A stretch of DNA of 64,000 nucleotides from positions 248,001 through 312,000 of the IMG/VR virus record IMGVR_UViG_3300022602_000024; one strand, written 5' to 3'. Positions 1-10,605 of the stretch are shown in pieces. Within the stretch, counting starts at the first letter, position 1, and each line of letters starts with the position of its first letter. Below the pieces are notes generated by a model that saw only the letters and a program-made list of their open reading frames with translations, ran no database searches and was not told the origin of the DNA. Both the position numbers and the translations under genes were made by a program.

Positions 1-82
1 CGATAGGAGTGGGTGCATTGGTGCCTTCAACACCACCAACTCCATCTAATATAGTTGTTACAATTGCTATCGGGCTTGGCAT
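1..82 (-). CDS. Partial ORF (N-terminus MPSPIAIVTTILDG...), runs off the window; function unknown
   Basis: ATG at 82 overlaps the TAA of the upstream gene (TAATG coupling); frame is open to the window edge. Confidence 0.5.
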   Translation of the reverse strand, partial: MPSPIAIVTTILDGVGGVEGTNAPTPI

Positions 83-390
83 TAAGTTATGATCCCTTTT
101 CCTGCTGGTTCAATTCCTGTAGTGGTACGAATATAGTGATTTTCTATATCTTTGATTACAGGACCATGCATAATAATATGTATGTTTTTTAACTCTACAT
201 TATTATTTATATCCGCAGAAATTAGGCTTTGCATCAAGCCCAGGCCTTGCTGGCTAGGGATAACTGTACAGGGACGATTAACAGTAAATCCGTCTTCATC
301 AACTGATACAATTTTTGCTACAATTTCGTCGCCATTGGAGATTTTGAAACATACGATGTCACCTGCACCGTAGCCTTTTCGAATTAACAT
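82..390 (-). CDS. Conserved phage hypothetical protein, possibly Sm-like fold
   Basis: 102-aa ORF; the GDIVCFKISNGDEIVAK beta pattern resembles Sm-like proteins of T4-like phages. Confidence 0.55.
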   Translation of the reverse strand: MLIRKGYGAGDIVCFKISNGDEIVAKIVSVDEDGFTVNRPCTVIPSQQGLGLMQSLISADINNNVELKNIHIIMHGPVIKDIENHYIRTTTGIEPAGKGIIT

Positions 391-393
391 ATT

Positions 394-639
394 TTAACCT
401 TTGAGTGTTTGAAAGAATTCTTCGGACTGTTTACGCAATCCGTTGAATCCGCCTTCGACCAATAATTTTCCGTCTTGGTAAATTTGAGGTACTGTGCGAT
501 GACCTTCTGCTAGGATAAAGTCACGTGCATCAGTGTTTTCGTCTATTTTAACTTCTTGAAATTCAATGCCTTTGCTAGCAAGCAGATTTTTAGCTTGCAC
601 ACAGAAGGCACAATTGTTTTTACTATAAACTGTTATCAT
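394..639 (-). CDS. grx: Glutaredoxin
   Basis: CAFC redox motif, RTVPQIY cis-Pro motif and GGF; 81 aa; downstream of nrdAB. Confidence 0.92.
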   Translation of the reverse strand: MITVYSKNNCAFCVQAKNLLASKGIEFQEVKIDENTDARDFILAEGHRTVPQIYQDGKLLVEGGFNGLRKQSEEFFQTLKG

Positions 640-646
640 TCTTTAA

Positions 647-952
647 TTATTCGTTAGATTCTACTACAGTTAGTGTAGTTCCAGTTTCTGCTAGGTACCT
701 ATCAAAAAATACTTTCCAGTCTGGATCAATATGAGCTTCAACATTAACATTTGCATTGTTCCATTTGACTTTGCCGGGCTCGTGTCCTGCTAGTGCTCCG
801 GATGCAATGTTAGCATCGTCAATTGCTTGTTGTTTAGCTTGAGCTGAAGCAAAAGCCGTTTGTTGATCTGCAGGTAATGTTGCAATCCACTCAAGTAAAG
901 TAACCAGTGGTTTGCCTGCAGCAGGTGTATAAGTTAACGTATGAACTAGCAT
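647..952 (-). CDS. Hypothetical protein, paralog of 979..1326
   Basis: Shares W..TL...Q..F and DP.WK....RYLAETG with its neighbour. Confidence 0.7.
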   Translation of the reverse strand: MLVHTLTYTPAAGKPLVTLLEWIATLPADQQTAFASAQAKQQAIDDANIASGALAGHEPGKVKWNNANVNVEAHIDPDWKVFFDRYLAETGTTLTVVESNE

Positions 953-978
953 GTTGATGCTCCTTTAATATATTGTAT

Positions 979-1326
979 TTATTGTTTTATTTCTGTTTCA
1001 ATAATATCAAACTCAATTCCTGTTTCAGCCAAATATCTATTCCAATATTCTTTCCAAGTTGGATCAAAAGGTTTACCTTTACGTGCAGTTTCTTCATCTT
1101 TCCACACATAAAGGGGTTGGCTAGCAGGATTCTTGGGATCAACACTACTAAAATCACGTATCATGTCGCCACGATCAATTGCTTCTTGCCTGTACGCTTC
1201 TTGCCGTTGTTTAGAAGCATAAAAATCTGTTTGTTCGGCAGAAGACAGGGTTTTAACCCAATCTTCAAACTGAATAAACTTTTTTCCCTCTGGCACAGAG
1301 TAATTAAACCGATGCGCGACTGCCAT
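979..1326 (-). CDS. Hypothetical protein, paralog of 647..952
   Basis: DPTWKEYWNRYLAETG; directly follows nrdB. Confidence 0.7.
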   Translation of the reverse strand: MAVAHRFNYSVPEGKKFIQFEDWVKTLSSAEQTDFYASKQRQEAYRQEAIDRGDMIRDFSSVDPKNPASQPLYVWKDEETARKGKPFDPTWKEYWNRYLAETGIEFDIIETEIKQ

Positions 1327-1327
1327 T

Positions 1328-2452
1328 TTACAAACTAAATCCCTTAAATGTATTGTTGTCTACGTCTTGCTTAGTACCACCAATCACATAAGTTGTAATT
1401 TCTGTTTCTTGTGGTGCCACTTGCACTTCTGATCCAGCAATCCATTTAGCAGTCCAGGGTAAGGGGTTAGAACCAGGCTTGATACCACAGTCTAAGCCTA
1501 CCGCAGTCATACGTTTGCATGCCAACCAATCAACATACTGCGCCAACAGTTGTTCGTTAAGGCCAATCATTGATCCGTCCTTGAACAAGTACTTGGCCCA
1601 GTTCTTTTCTTGCTCAGCAGCAGCCAAGAACATGCGAGTACATTCTTCCTTGGTTTCTGCTTTGATTGCGACATAGTCGGGATCATCCTGAGGCAATAGT
1701 TTCAACAGAGTTTGAGTAGATCCTAAGTGCACATTTTCGTCACGTGCAATTAGTTTAATGATCTTGGCATTGCCTTCCATCTTTTTAAGTTCAGCAAAGG
1801 CCCAACTACAAGCAAAACTCACATAGAAACGTATGCCTTCTAGTGCGTTAACACTATTCAAACACAACCACAGTTTCTTTTTAAGTTCATATGGATCTAC
1901 CACAATAGTTTTGCCATTGACAGAGTGTGTGCCGTAGCCCAACATACGATACCAACCCGATGCTTCAATCAATGAATCATAGTACTTGCTGATGTCTGTG
2001 GCGCAAGCCACAATCTCATCCAGATCCATGAGTTCATCAAACACTTCACTGGGATTGGCATACACATTACGAATAATGTGTGTATAACTACGACTGTGAA
2101 TAGTTTCGTTGAATGCCCAAGTTTCGATCCAAGTTTCCAACTCAGGAATAGTGGCCAAGGGCAAGAATGCCAAGTTGGGACTACGACCTTGAACTGAATC
2201 TAATAGGATTTGTCTTTTGAGATTTGACGTAAAGATATGTTTTTCATATTCACTGAGTTCTTTGAAGTCCTTGGCATCATGTACTACATCTACTTCTTCG
2301 GGTCTCCAGAAGAATCCTAACTGCTTATCTGTTAATTTATCAAATTGTCTGTACTTTAACACATCATACCGTTGAACTGCTGGAGTTCCGTTAGTGTCCA
2401 AAAACGCCAGGCTCTTGGTATGATCTGTTTTCTTAATATTAAATACACTCAT
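1328..2452 (-). CDS. nrdB: Ribonucleotide reductase class Ia beta subunit
   Basis: FFWRPEE, LLDSVQGR, ETIHSRSY, EGIRFYVSF, RDENVH and VAPQETE motifs. Confidence 0.98.
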   Translation of the reverse strand: MSVFNIKKTDHTKSLAFLDTNGTPAVQRYDVLKYRQFDKLTDKQLGFFWRPEEVDVVHDAKDFKELSEYEKHIFTSNLKRQILLDSVQGRSPNLAFLPLATIPELETWIETWAFNETIHSRSYTHIIRNVYANPSEVFDELMDLDEIVACATDISKYYDSLIEASGWYRMLGYGTHSVNGKTIVVDPYELKKKLWLCLNSVNALEGIRFYVSFACSWAFAELKKMEGNAKIIKLIARDENVHLGSTQTLLKLLPQDDPDYVAIKAETKEECTRMFLAAAEQEKNWAKYLFKDGSMIGLNEQLLAQYVDWLACKRMTAVGLDCGIKPGSNPLPWTAKWIAGSEVQVAPQETEITTYVIGGTKQDVDNNTFKGFSL

Positions 2453-2462
2453 TTATAATTCC

Positions 2463-4766
2463 TTAGATTACGCAACTATCACAATCTTCTTGATCCATAG
2501 TTTCATCGATTTGTAATGGATTCTGTGCATTGAGTTTATCAACGTCAATTTCACCCTGACCATCATTGGTGTTAAAGTAGTATAACTGTTTGGCACCATA
2601 TTTGTAACACAACAACAGGTGTTGTAGCATCTCGCTCATTGGAATCTTTTCATCTTCGTAGAAACGTGGATTGTAAGAAGTGTTGGTACTGATACCTTGA
2701 TCAATGTATTTCTGTAGCACTGAACATATTTTCAAATAACCTTCTGGAGATCGTTGATCCCATAACAGTTCGTACTTGTTCTTGAGTTTGCGGAACTCAG
2801 GAACCACCTGTTTCAATACACCGTGCTTGCTTTGCTTGATACTGACATAACTACGTGGTGGTTCGATTCCGTTGGTAGCATTACTTATCTGTGCGCTAGT
2901 CTCGGCAGGCATAATTGCCATCAAAGTTGCATTGCGGATACCAGTGTCCAGAATCTGTTCGCGGAGAGCACGCCAAGGCATACGCTCTTGGTGAGCCACT
3001 AGTTCATCGACTTCTTTCTTACGTGTGTCAATGGGCAAACGCCCATCGGCGTATTTTAAATCAGTCCAACGTGTGCAAGCACCTTGTTCCCGGGCCAAGT
3101 CTGCTGATGCTTTGATCAAGTAATAACTCCATGCTTCGGCATATTCATCTACTAATGCCAATGCAGCAGGATCACTGTAACCAACATCGTTCTTGGCCAG
3201 GAAGTAAGCAAGGTTAATGATACCTACTCCCAATGGACGGAATTCTTTTGTAGCCAATTCAGCAGCTTTGATTGGATAGTTTTGATAACTCAACAATGCA
3301 TCCAGTCCGCGCACTGCCAGTGTGCAAGGCTTTTCAAAGTCTGCAGGCGATTTAACATTGCCCCAGTTGATTGCACTCAATGTACACAAGGCAATACGAC
3401 CTAACTCGTCATTGATATCGTTCAATGGTACTGTAGGCAAGTCAATTTCACCACACAGGTTACTCATCTTAACAGGAGCGATTTCTTCTTTGAAAGGACT
3501 GTGTGTATTTGCATGGTCTACATTTTGCAAATAGATACGACCTGTGTCCTTACGCTCTTGCATAAAACGTGTAAACAAATCAATGGCTTTGAACGTTTTC
3601 TTGCGCAGTTTTGTATTGCGCTCTGCACGCTCGTACAGTTCTTTAAAGCGTTCTTGGTTGTTGAAGAAAGCATCGTACATTTCTGGCACATCGTGGGGGC
3701 TAAAACAGGTAATATCGCCGCCTGTGATGAGTCTTTCGTACATTAATTTGTTGAATTGCACGCCATAATCCATGTGACGTACTCTATTATCCTCTGTGCC
3801 TTTGTTGTTCTTTAAAACCAGGAGATCTTCAATTTCCAAATGCCAGATGGGATAGTAAAGTGTTGCAGCACCATTGCGTACACCGCCTTGACTACATGAA
3901 CGTGTTGCACTCTGGAACAACTTGTAAAAAGGTACTACGCCCGTATGGTAGGCGTCGCCAGACCTGATGGGTGATCCCAACGCCCGAATGCGTCCTGCAC
4001 CGATTCCAATGCCGGCTTTCTGTGATACATACTTGACAATGCTGCTAGCAGTAGCGTTAATGCTATCGAGGCTGTCGTCAGTCTCGATAAGAACACAACT
4101 GCTGAATTGCTTCTGCGGAGTCCTAACACCAGCCATAACCGGAGTTGGTAAGCTAATGTCGCCCATGCTGGTTGCATCATAATAATCCTTTACCCAACGT
4201 AGACGTGTTTCTGTGGGATATGTTTGAAATAGTGTTGCGGCAATCAGCATATAAGCCATTTGCGGAGTTTCAAAGATGTCGCCTGTGACACGGTTTTGTA
4301 CCAAGTACTTGCCGCGCCATTGTTCCATGGCCACATAAGTAAAGTTCTCATCACGTTCGTGCTTGATATAACTGTCAAGTGTATTCCACTCATCTGCGGT
4401 GTAGGCGGCGAGAAGGCCCTTGTCGTAAAAACCATTCTCCACATTACGAGTCACTAATTCTAATAAGCTACAAGGTGTGTAACTGTTATAAACTTGTTTA
4501 CGTAAATGATAGTTGATTAATCTACCGGCTACGTATTGATAGTTAGGGGTTTCTTCGCTAATCAAGTCAGCTGCACTCTTAATAAGAGTTTCTTGAATAT
4601 CACTAGTTTTAATTCCGTTGTAAAATTGAATATGGCTTTTGATTTCTACTTCGCTTGCGCTAACCCCAGTTATTCCCTGTGTGGCCCAAAATACTACTTT
4701 GTGTAGTTTCTCTAAGTTGAGGTCTTCTTTATGACCTTCTCTTTTTGTGACTTGAATTGTCGTCAT
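2463..4766 (-). CDS. nrdA: Ribonucleotide reductase class Ia alpha subunit with ATP cone
   Basis: N-terminal VTKREG ATP cone, QFSSCVL, SNLCGEI, MPAETS, KQLYY and C-terminal CDSC. Confidence 0.98.
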   Translation of the reverse strand: MTTIQVTKREGHKEDLNLEKLHKVVFWATQGITGVSASEVEIKSHIQFYNGIKTSDIQETLIKSAADLISEETPNYQYVAGRLINYHLRKQVYNSYTPCSLLELVTRNVENGFYDKGLLAAYTADEWNTLDSYIKHERDENFTYVAMEQWRGKYLVQNRVTGDIFETPQMAYMLIAATLFQTYPTETRLRWVKDYYDATSMGDISLPTPVMAGVRTPQKQFSSCVLIETDDSLDSINATASSIVKYVSQKAGIGIGAGRIRALGSPIRSGDAYHTGVVPFYKLFQSATRSCSQGGVRNGAATLYYPIWHLEIEDLLVLKNNKGTEDNRVRHMDYGVQFNKLMYERLITGGDITCFSPHDVPEMYDAFFNNQERFKELYERAERNTKLRKKTFKAIDLFTRFMQERKDTGRIYLQNVDHANTHSPFKEEIAPVKMSNLCGEIDLPTVPLNDINDELGRIALCTLSAINWGNVKSPADFEKPCTLAVRGLDALLSYQNYPIKAAELATKEFRPLGVGIINLAYFLAKNDVGYSDPAALALVDEYAEAWSYYLIKASADLAREQGACTRWTDLKYADGRLPIDTRKKEVDELVAHQERMPWRALREQILDTGIRNATLMAIMPAETSAQISNATNGIEPPRSYVSIKQSKHGVLKQVVPEFRKLKNKYELLWDQRSPEGYLKICSVLQKYIDQGISTNTSYNPRFYEDEKIPMSEMLQHLLLCYKYGAKQLYYFNTNDGQGEIDVDKLNAQNPLQIDETMDQEDCDSCVI

Positions 4767-4776
4767 TGATACCTCT

Positions 4777-5226
4777 TTAATATTTTTCTAATTGTAAATC
4801 TTCTGCAGTGAATCGATATTTTAACGTTAACAATTTATTAAACTGTTCGATATTTACTACCTCGTTGTCAATCAAATTAAGTATATATTTTCCTTGATCG
4901 AACCAGGATAAATTATACATATATCGAGTTTCTGGATCTTCGTATATTCTTATTTCAGTAGTTAAATTCTTTTTATGCTCAGTTAAGTGCATAGTATACA
5001 CTATTCCCAGACATCTTGCAACATCACAGTAATAATTTTCGTGTATTAATGCCCATGGATCTGGCCAAACTTCAGGAGTATCGTAGTCTAGATAATAGGG
5101 AACGTAAGGAGCACGTGCCCAAAACTCTGCAGTTTGAGTTAATGCCGTTTCTAGAGGTAAAGAATCTAGCCCAGTTCGAAATTCACGCCAGGATCTCAGT
5201 CGATCCTCGGCTGTCAGTTGAAACAT
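4777..5226 (-). CDS. Conserved phage hypothetical protein
   Basis: 149-aa ORF tightly packed in the operon (WPDPWALIHENYYC). Confidence 0.7.
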   Translation of the reverse strand: MFQLTAEDRLRSWREFRTGLDSLPLETALTQTAEFWARAPYVPYYLDYDTPEVWPDPWALIHENYYCDVARCLGIVYTMHLTEHKKNLTTEIRIYEDPETRYMYNLSWFDQGKYILNLIDNEVVNIEQFNKLLTLKYRFTAEDLQLEKY

Positions 5227-5229
5227 TGT

Positions 5230-6405
5230 TTATACGAATTGTGTTATGTTGTATTTAAAGGTTGTAGTGTAAGGAGAAATATTTACATTCCCGGGAGTAC
5301 AAACTAAATTGCCACTGGCAGTAGCATAAAGATTAGCGCCCATGCTAGTCAGTGGTTCAGTCCATTCGTCATCAAAAGAAAGCACACCGTTACTGTTGTT
5401 ATATTTTAATTCACCAATTCTATAATTGTTAGACAAGTCTGTTAGTTGATATCTAACAACTCCGGCGCCAGCCGATAACGAAGTTATTGTAGTTGTTGTA
5501 CTGTTTGGTAAATTTTGTTTTCTTGTATCAAAATAGTTTGTTCTAGTAATTAATCCAGTGGTACTATTGACTGGTTCATAAATTGGTGCGGTTGTACTTC
5601 CAGTTAATACTGAATCTTCAATTTTGATATAGTTAGAAGTTGCCTTAGAATTGTATATTGCCAGGTTATATGTTCCGCCAGAAAATTTAACTTGGTCGAA
5701 TATTATGCCAGTTACACTATCTACATAAAATAAGACTGCACTACCTGTTAGTGCAAAAGTAAGACCTTTAAATGACATGGCTTTGGGCAATGTGGCACCA
5801 TTAGTACCAAATCCAGCTCCAGTTTGAAATAAACTGTCGCAGGTTACAAATGCTGCTCCACCAGTATATGTAGAACTTATAACTGTATTGTCTCTACCAT
5901 CACCAACTATAGTAATGTTTGGTGGAAGTAAAATCTGTCCTGTAATAATGTATGTGCCAGCAGGAAATTTAATTACTCTTTGCGAGTTAATGTATGATGT
6001 ACCATTTAACCCACTATAATAAACTTGTTGTATAGCACGATTGATAGCAACTGTATCGTCTGTGGTTCCGTTACCTTTGGCACCAAAATCTTTAACACTT
6101 ACATCTTCATCTAACAATTGTTGTAGTGTTCGTACTACAGGACTTAATGCATTTGGGCCCGTGATACTTGTATATCCAGATTCTGTTCCTTGAAATGTAT
6201 AACTAATACCAACCTCTAGTAGGTTACTGTATTGTGTTAATATTTCTGTAATACCTTCGGTGGGTGCACCCTCGGCTGTTGTTCCATTGCCAATGTATAA
6301 TTGACGAGTATCTAAACTCCAACCCATTTCGCCACTGGCCAACTGCGGAAGGTCTGAATTTAATCCACGACGAACCTGTATTTGACTGATTTGTACAATT
6401 GCCAT
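5230..6405 (-). CDS. Virion tail/baseplate-associated protein with pectate-lyase-like beta-helix
   Basis: N-terminal IQVRRG...LASGEMGWSLDT fibre head; VSVKDFGAKGNGTTDDT and FPAGTY motifs; late promoter TAAATA at 6429-6434. Confidence 0.75.
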   Translation of the reverse strand: MAIVQISQIQVRRGLNSDLPQLASGEMGWSLDTRQLYIGNGTTAEGAPTEGITEILTQYSNLLEVGISYTFQGTESGYTSITGPNALSPVVRTLQQLLDEDVSVKDFGAKGNGTTDDTVAINRAIQQVYYSGLNGTSYINSQRVIKFPAGTYIITGQILLPPNITIVGDGRDNTVISSTYTGGAAFVTCDSLFQTGAGFGTNGATLPKAMSFKGLTFALTGSAVLFYVDSVTGIIFDQVKFSGGTYNLAIYNSKATSNYIKIEDSVLTGSTTAPIYEPVNSTTGLITRTNYFDTRKQNLPNSTTTTITSLSAGAGVVRYQLTDLSNNYRIGELKYNNSNGVLSFDDEWTEPLTSMGANLYATASGNLVCTPGNVNISPYTTTFKYNITQFV

Positions 6406-6437
6406 ACGTTAAAAATCCTAATATTTTGTATTTATGC

Positions 6438-7424
6438 TTAGGTATCTGAACTGTTCTTCAGTTTAAACAGTTTCTTGGGCAAGTGCTGTTGTGCTGGTAA
6501 GTCTGTATTACTATACATAAATCCACACATGTTACAGGTGTTTTCGGGCGATTTTTGTTTCAAAAACCATTGATCTACTTCAGATTCGGTAGCATTTGTT
6601 GCCAATGATTCGTAGTCGTTGTAATAGCTGTACCAATCAGAATCTTCAGTTAACTTGTAGGTATCTAACGTATGATTTAATACTGCACGCGGAGGACATT
6701 TCCATAAACGATTGTCATATAACTGTATATAATTCTTGATATGACATACTGTATGATTATCATTTAGTGCAACAGCATTGGTGTATTCGTGAAAAGGTTT
6801 TAATGTGGGACCGTACCCGCGATAATGCGGCACAAAATGATCTTCATGTTGTTCTGTCATGTTTAACATGATCATCCGATGCCCGGCATTATTTTCCAGG
6901 CAGGTAAATTTTTTGTGTTCAGTATCCCAGGGTGTAGGAGCAACCCATTGCCATTGATAACTTGGTCTACGCAGTTGGTATTCTGCAAGAATTAAATCTT
7001 GTAAACGTTTATAGTTGTTTAATACCAGACTGGAATAAGGCTCCTCTAGTGTGTGATGTGTAACACTAACAAATGTTTGATTTTCAACAAACAGTTCTTC
7101 TATGTTGTTAAACAGTTTGTCTAGGTAGTATCCATTGGTGTTGAGCCATATAGGTAAGCGTTTACCATCGGTGGCCAAGGGCCAGTACTTGAATGCCAAT
7201 CTGAACCAATCCATGTACTTGGGGTGCATCAATGGCTCGCCACCAAACAAGTGTACTCGTGTGGGATCTATATATTGACTAAAGAACGCAATTGCAGGTT
7301 CTGCATCAGCAGGATTAACTAATCCGTTTATTTTTTGATGGTCACTAAATGTGCAACAACCTTCGCAGGCTAGTTGGCAACTGCGTATAATAACTAAATC
7401 TAGAAAATCAACTTTATATTTCAT
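6438..7424 (-). CDS. Radical SAM protein
   Basis: CQLACEGC, FGGEPLMHP, NTNG and a C-terminal Cys cluster (CNMC). Confidence 0.9.
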   Translation of the reverse strand: MKYKVDFLDLVIIRSCQLACEGCCTFSDHQKINGLVNPADAEPAIAFFSQYIDPTRVHLFGGEPLMHPKYMDWFRLAFKYWPLATDGKRLPIWLNTNGYYLDKLFNNIEELFVENQTFVSVTHHTLEEPYSSLVLNNYKRLQDLILAEYQLRRPSYQWQWVAPTPWDTEHKKFTCLENNAGHRMIMLNMTEQHEDHFVPHYRGYGPTLKPFHEYTNAVALNDNHTVCHIKNYIQLYDNRLWKCPPRAVLNHTLDTYKLTEDSDWYSYYNDYESLATNATESEVDQWFLKQKSPENTCNMCGFMYSNTDLPAQQHLPKKLFKLKNSSDT

Positions 7425-7431
7425 TAAGTAG

Positions 7432-8142
7432 TTATGCCATCAGATAATATAGTTCAACCTTTTTAAGCCACTCGTCAGACCAAAAAGCAAATTCTTCAGG
7501 CTCAACTACAAACTCTTGATACTGCGGAGTTGAGTATGTACCATCTTCTAACTGCTTGGGTTGCACACACATCATGATCACACCTGTGTCGATATTGGTA
7601 CCATGTGTGTCGTTGTGTGCAGCCGCATAAGCAGCCAACTGCATAAAGTAATCGCCAATGTTTTCACGCTTTTTGGGTTTGTTGGTTTGTTTAAAGTCAA
7701 TGATGCTGGGCTGGCCTTTCCACACACCAATGCAATCTGTGGTGCCAGCATACAGTCCACTATAGTAAACAGGAACTTCCACTCCCCAAAACTCATCGAC
7801 ATTACTCAAGCCTTCCATGATAACCTGCGCAGCCATGAACCAGCTGGGGTGTGCATAAGGGTTTGATGGCAAGGGTTTCATGTCATCTTGTAAGATGTAG
7901 GTCTCAAGATAACTGTGCATCCTTGTGCCACGATTAGCGGCTTCAGTGGTAATCTGTTGTGCACGTTCATTCCCAATGGCATTGCGCCAGTTTTGTAAGG
8001 CTTGGCGTGACTCTGCACTTTTAGTCTTGTCTAAGATAGTTGTCACACTGGGTACTTTACTGCCATCAGGAAGACAATAGTGTCGCTTGCCCTCTAAGGT
8101 TGTACGACTAAGAGGTGCATAATTGTATTGTTGTTTTATCAT
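7432..8142 (-). CDS. PD-(D/E)XK exonuclease (Cas4/MGME1-like phage exonuclease)
   Basis: PSVTTIL, RGTRMH, YAGTTD, IIDFKQT and QLAAYA motifs. Confidence 0.88.
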   Translation of the reverse strand: MIKQQYNYAPLSRTTLEGKRHYCLPDGSKVPSVTTILDKTKSAESRQALQNWRNAIGNERAQQITTEAANRGTRMHSYLETYILQDDMKPLPSNPYAHPSWFMAAQVIMEGLSNVDEFWGVEVPVYYSGLYAGTTDCIGVWKGQPSIIDFKQTNKPKKRENIGDYFMQLAAYAAAHNDTHGTNIDTGVIMMCVQPKQLEDGTYSTPQYQEFVVEPEEFAFWSDEWLKKVELYYLMA

Positions 8143-8592
8143 TTATACTTTCTTTATGTCTACGTTGGATTTGGTGAGAAATTGCACACCTGCATCACTG
8201 CGATAGTCTTCGGCATAAAATACACTACGAATACCGCTTTGGAATATGAGTTTAGCACAATCTAAACAAGGAGCATGGGTAATAAACATAGTAGCATCCA
8301 ATCCAGACTCTGTGCTTCTAGCCAGTTTAGCAATGGCATTTGTTTCAGCGTGAAGAACTTCGGGTTTGGTTTTTAACACAGTTCTGTGTATAGCACCTTC
8401 GTATCCTGAATAAAGTTCTACACTTTCATCTTCACAGTTGTTGTCCCATCCTGCAGGCATACCATTGTAGCCAATAGAGATGATTCTGTCGTCTTTGACA
8501 ATGATAGCACCAACATGCAATCTACGTGCTGAACTGAGGTCTGCAAACCTACGTGCAGTATCCATGTATGCTTGAATAAACTTTTCTTTCAA
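8143..8592 (-). CDS. dCMP deaminase
   Basis: [14 protein letters not shown] and PCLDC zinc motifs. Confidence 0.93.
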   Translation of the reverse strand: MKEKFIQAYMDTARRFADLSSARRLHVGAIIVKDDRIISIGYNGMPAGWDNNCEDESVELYSGYEGAIHRTVLKTKPEVLHAETNAIAKLARSTESGLDATMFITHAPCLDCAKLIFQSGIRSVFYAEDYRSDAGVQFLTKSNVDIKKV

Positions 8593-8909
8593 ACTCGAAA
8601 ACTTTCACCGCAACCACAACGGTCACGCTCATTAGGGTTGTTGAACTCAAATCCTTCGTTAAGACCGTTCTTAACATAATCTACTGTTAGACCCTGCAAG
8701 TAAACACAACTTTTTGGATCTACGAATAACTTACAGCCAGCGCAGTCAATGACTTGGTCATCGGGCGCAGGTGTATCTACGTATTCTAACACATAAGCAA
8801 GTCCGCTGCAACCTGTTGTTCTTACACCCAGACGAATTCCTTCGCCATGCCCTCTACGAGCAATAACTTGTTTAACTTTGTTAACGGCTTTTTCGGTTAA
8901 GGTAATCAT
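8589..8909 (-). CDS. iscA: Fe-S cluster assembly A-type carrier IscA
   Basis: TTGCSGLAY and C-terminal CGCGESF. Confidence 0.96.
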   Translation of the reverse strand: MITLTEKAVNKVKQVIARRGHGEGIRLGVRTTGCSGLAYVLEYVDTPAPDDQVIDCAGCKLFVDPKSCVYLQGLTVDYVKNGLNEGFEFNNPNERDRCGCGESFRV

Positions 8910-10228
8910 CGGTTGAAATATAGCGAAACTGGTTTACTAATATTTACGTTTGCTAGTTTATTATTAAAGTTTGATTTATCATCATCAGTCAATAAACTAT
9001 ATAGCTTGGAATTTAAAATAGAAAATTGTGTATTGGTTCTGATATCAAATTCAGCAGTGAAATTTAAATAAAAATTCCATAAATCATCATTGTCATCCCA
9101 TACATCCAATTCATTGATAGTTGCAGAAATAAATCCCTGCATTACCCTTGTTTTGTCTAGGTACCTATCAAATATTGGGTGAGCAGAACACTCTTTAAGT
9201 ATTGCTTTAAGTCCATTCCTATATCTAACTGGTAATGCTTGTATATCTAAGAAATTTGTTCTTTCAACCAAGGTAGTATTTAAAAATGTTATACTTTCAT
9301 TGGCATTAAACCAACCATACCAGTAATCTAGATATTCTTTTATGTAAAATATATTATTAAGACTAAAAACAGGATCTAAAGAAAAATCAAATTGTCTACG
9401 ACTATCAATAGATAAAAAAGATTTTTTAAATTCTAGCATTCGAGTTAGATTATTTTCAATTTTACTAAACTTAACCGGCCATCGAACATATTGATAGTTG
9501 TCGCCCACACTATCAATGCTCATGCCAAACCATATGCTTTTAAATTGCAAAAAGTAGTTTAATAACTCTTCTGACAGATTGACACTTAATGCAGTACTCA
9601 ATTTGATTCCGATACGTGGCGCCAGGCCTTGATCGATGCACCATTTTAATAATTTAAGGGCACCTGGTTGTATTAATGTTTCACCGCCTATTAAAAATAA
9701 ATGAAAAAATTTACAGTCGTTTACTTTATTGATAATATTGGTAGTGATAAAATTCCAATATTCATCTATTTCTGTTATATCTTGCGATAAGAAATCAGAG
9801 TCTGTATTGTTGGTTATCTTAGCAAAGGTAGTACTATCATACGTACTACAACTTCTACAACTCAGGCTGCAAAAGTTACTAAATTTAATTCTAAGTTCTG
9901 TGTTCCTGTTGTAATCAAATGGAAATTCGTTGGCGTTAAGTGCAATTATTGATCGGATACGCTCGGACTGCCCTCCGTGCAATTCTTCATTTTTGCACCT
10001 CCAACATGCAGCAGGAAGATATCCCTGCTCCATAGAACTTTTGATTTCCTTAAAGGGGTCATCTATATGAGAAATTGTAAATTTATTTGTATCAACATTA
10101 CAACAACAAATAATATCCATCTTTGCAGGATTACTACTATGACGTCTTACATCTGTTGTATTGTAAGGAAAAGGGCAGAAACTGGGATTATTTTTAGCCC
10201 ACTCTATTCTTTCATTGACTGTCTGCAT
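8906..10228 (-). CDS. Radical SAM protein with N-terminal twitch/SPASM-like Cys cluster
   Basis: CPFPY...CC...[12 protein letters not shown] and GGET; AT-rich; lies between iscU and iscA. Confidence 0.88.
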   Translation of the reverse strand: MQTVNERIEWAKNNPSFCPFPYNTTDVRRHSSNPAKMDIICCCNVDTNKFTISHIDDPFKEIKSSMEQGYLPAACWRCKNEELHGGQSERIRSIIALNANEFPFDYNRNTELRIKFSNFCSLSCRSCSTYDSTTFAKITNNTDSDFLSQDITEIDEYWNFITTNIINKVNDCKFFHLFLIGGETLIQPGALKLLKWCIDQGLAPRIGIKLSTALSVNLSEELLNYFLQFKSIWFGMSIDSVGDNYQYVRWPVKFSKIENNLTRMLEFKKSFLSIDSRRQFDFSLDPVFSLNNIFYIKEYLDYWYGWFNANESITFLNTTLVERTNFLDIQALPVRYRNGLKAILKECSAHPIFDRYLDKTRVMQGFISATINELDVWDDNDDLWNFYLNFTAEFDIRTNTQFSILNSKLYSLLTDDDKSNFNNKLANVNISKPVSLYFNR

Positions 10229-10605
10229 GTTTCTTTCGATAGTCTTCGACCGCGGCCTTTATGGCATCTTCGGCGAGGATACTGCAATGGATTTTAACAG
10301 GCGGCAAAGCCAACTCATTTGCAATGTCCGAGTTTTTGATTGTTGCAGCTGCATCCAATGTCTTGCCCTTGACCCACTCTGTAACAAGTGAGCTACTCGC
10401 GATAGCTGATCCGCATCCATAGGTTTTAAATCTTGCATCTGTGATAATCCCATCTTTAACTTTGATTTGGAGTCTCATTACATCTCCGTTAACCGCAAGC
10501 TGGGGCACCGACTAAGCCGGTCCCAACTTGCGCATCTCCTTTATCAAAAGTTCCCACATTTCGGGGATTTTCAAAATGATCTATTACATCTTTACTGTAA
10601 GCCAT
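10212..10605 (-). CDS. iscU: Fe-S scaffold IscU interrupted by a 7-nt insertion containing TAA (recoded gene or pseudogene)
   Basis: ATG at 10605 gives MAYSKDVIDHFENPRNVG...GAPACG then TAA (10489-10491). The gene resumes in the +1 frame as GDVMRLQIKV...YGCGSAIASSS...LPPVKIHCSILAEDA. Removing 7 nt gives a 128-aa IscU. Confidence 0.9.

Noticed and set aside
1328-4766. Introns or inteins in nrdA/nrdB
   Set aside because: Both genes are uninterrupted and of normal length
10212-10508. ORF-track 98-aa protein MPQLAVNGDVMRLQ as an independent gene
   Set aside because: It is the 3' part of iscU; the true N-terminus is in another frame starting at 10605
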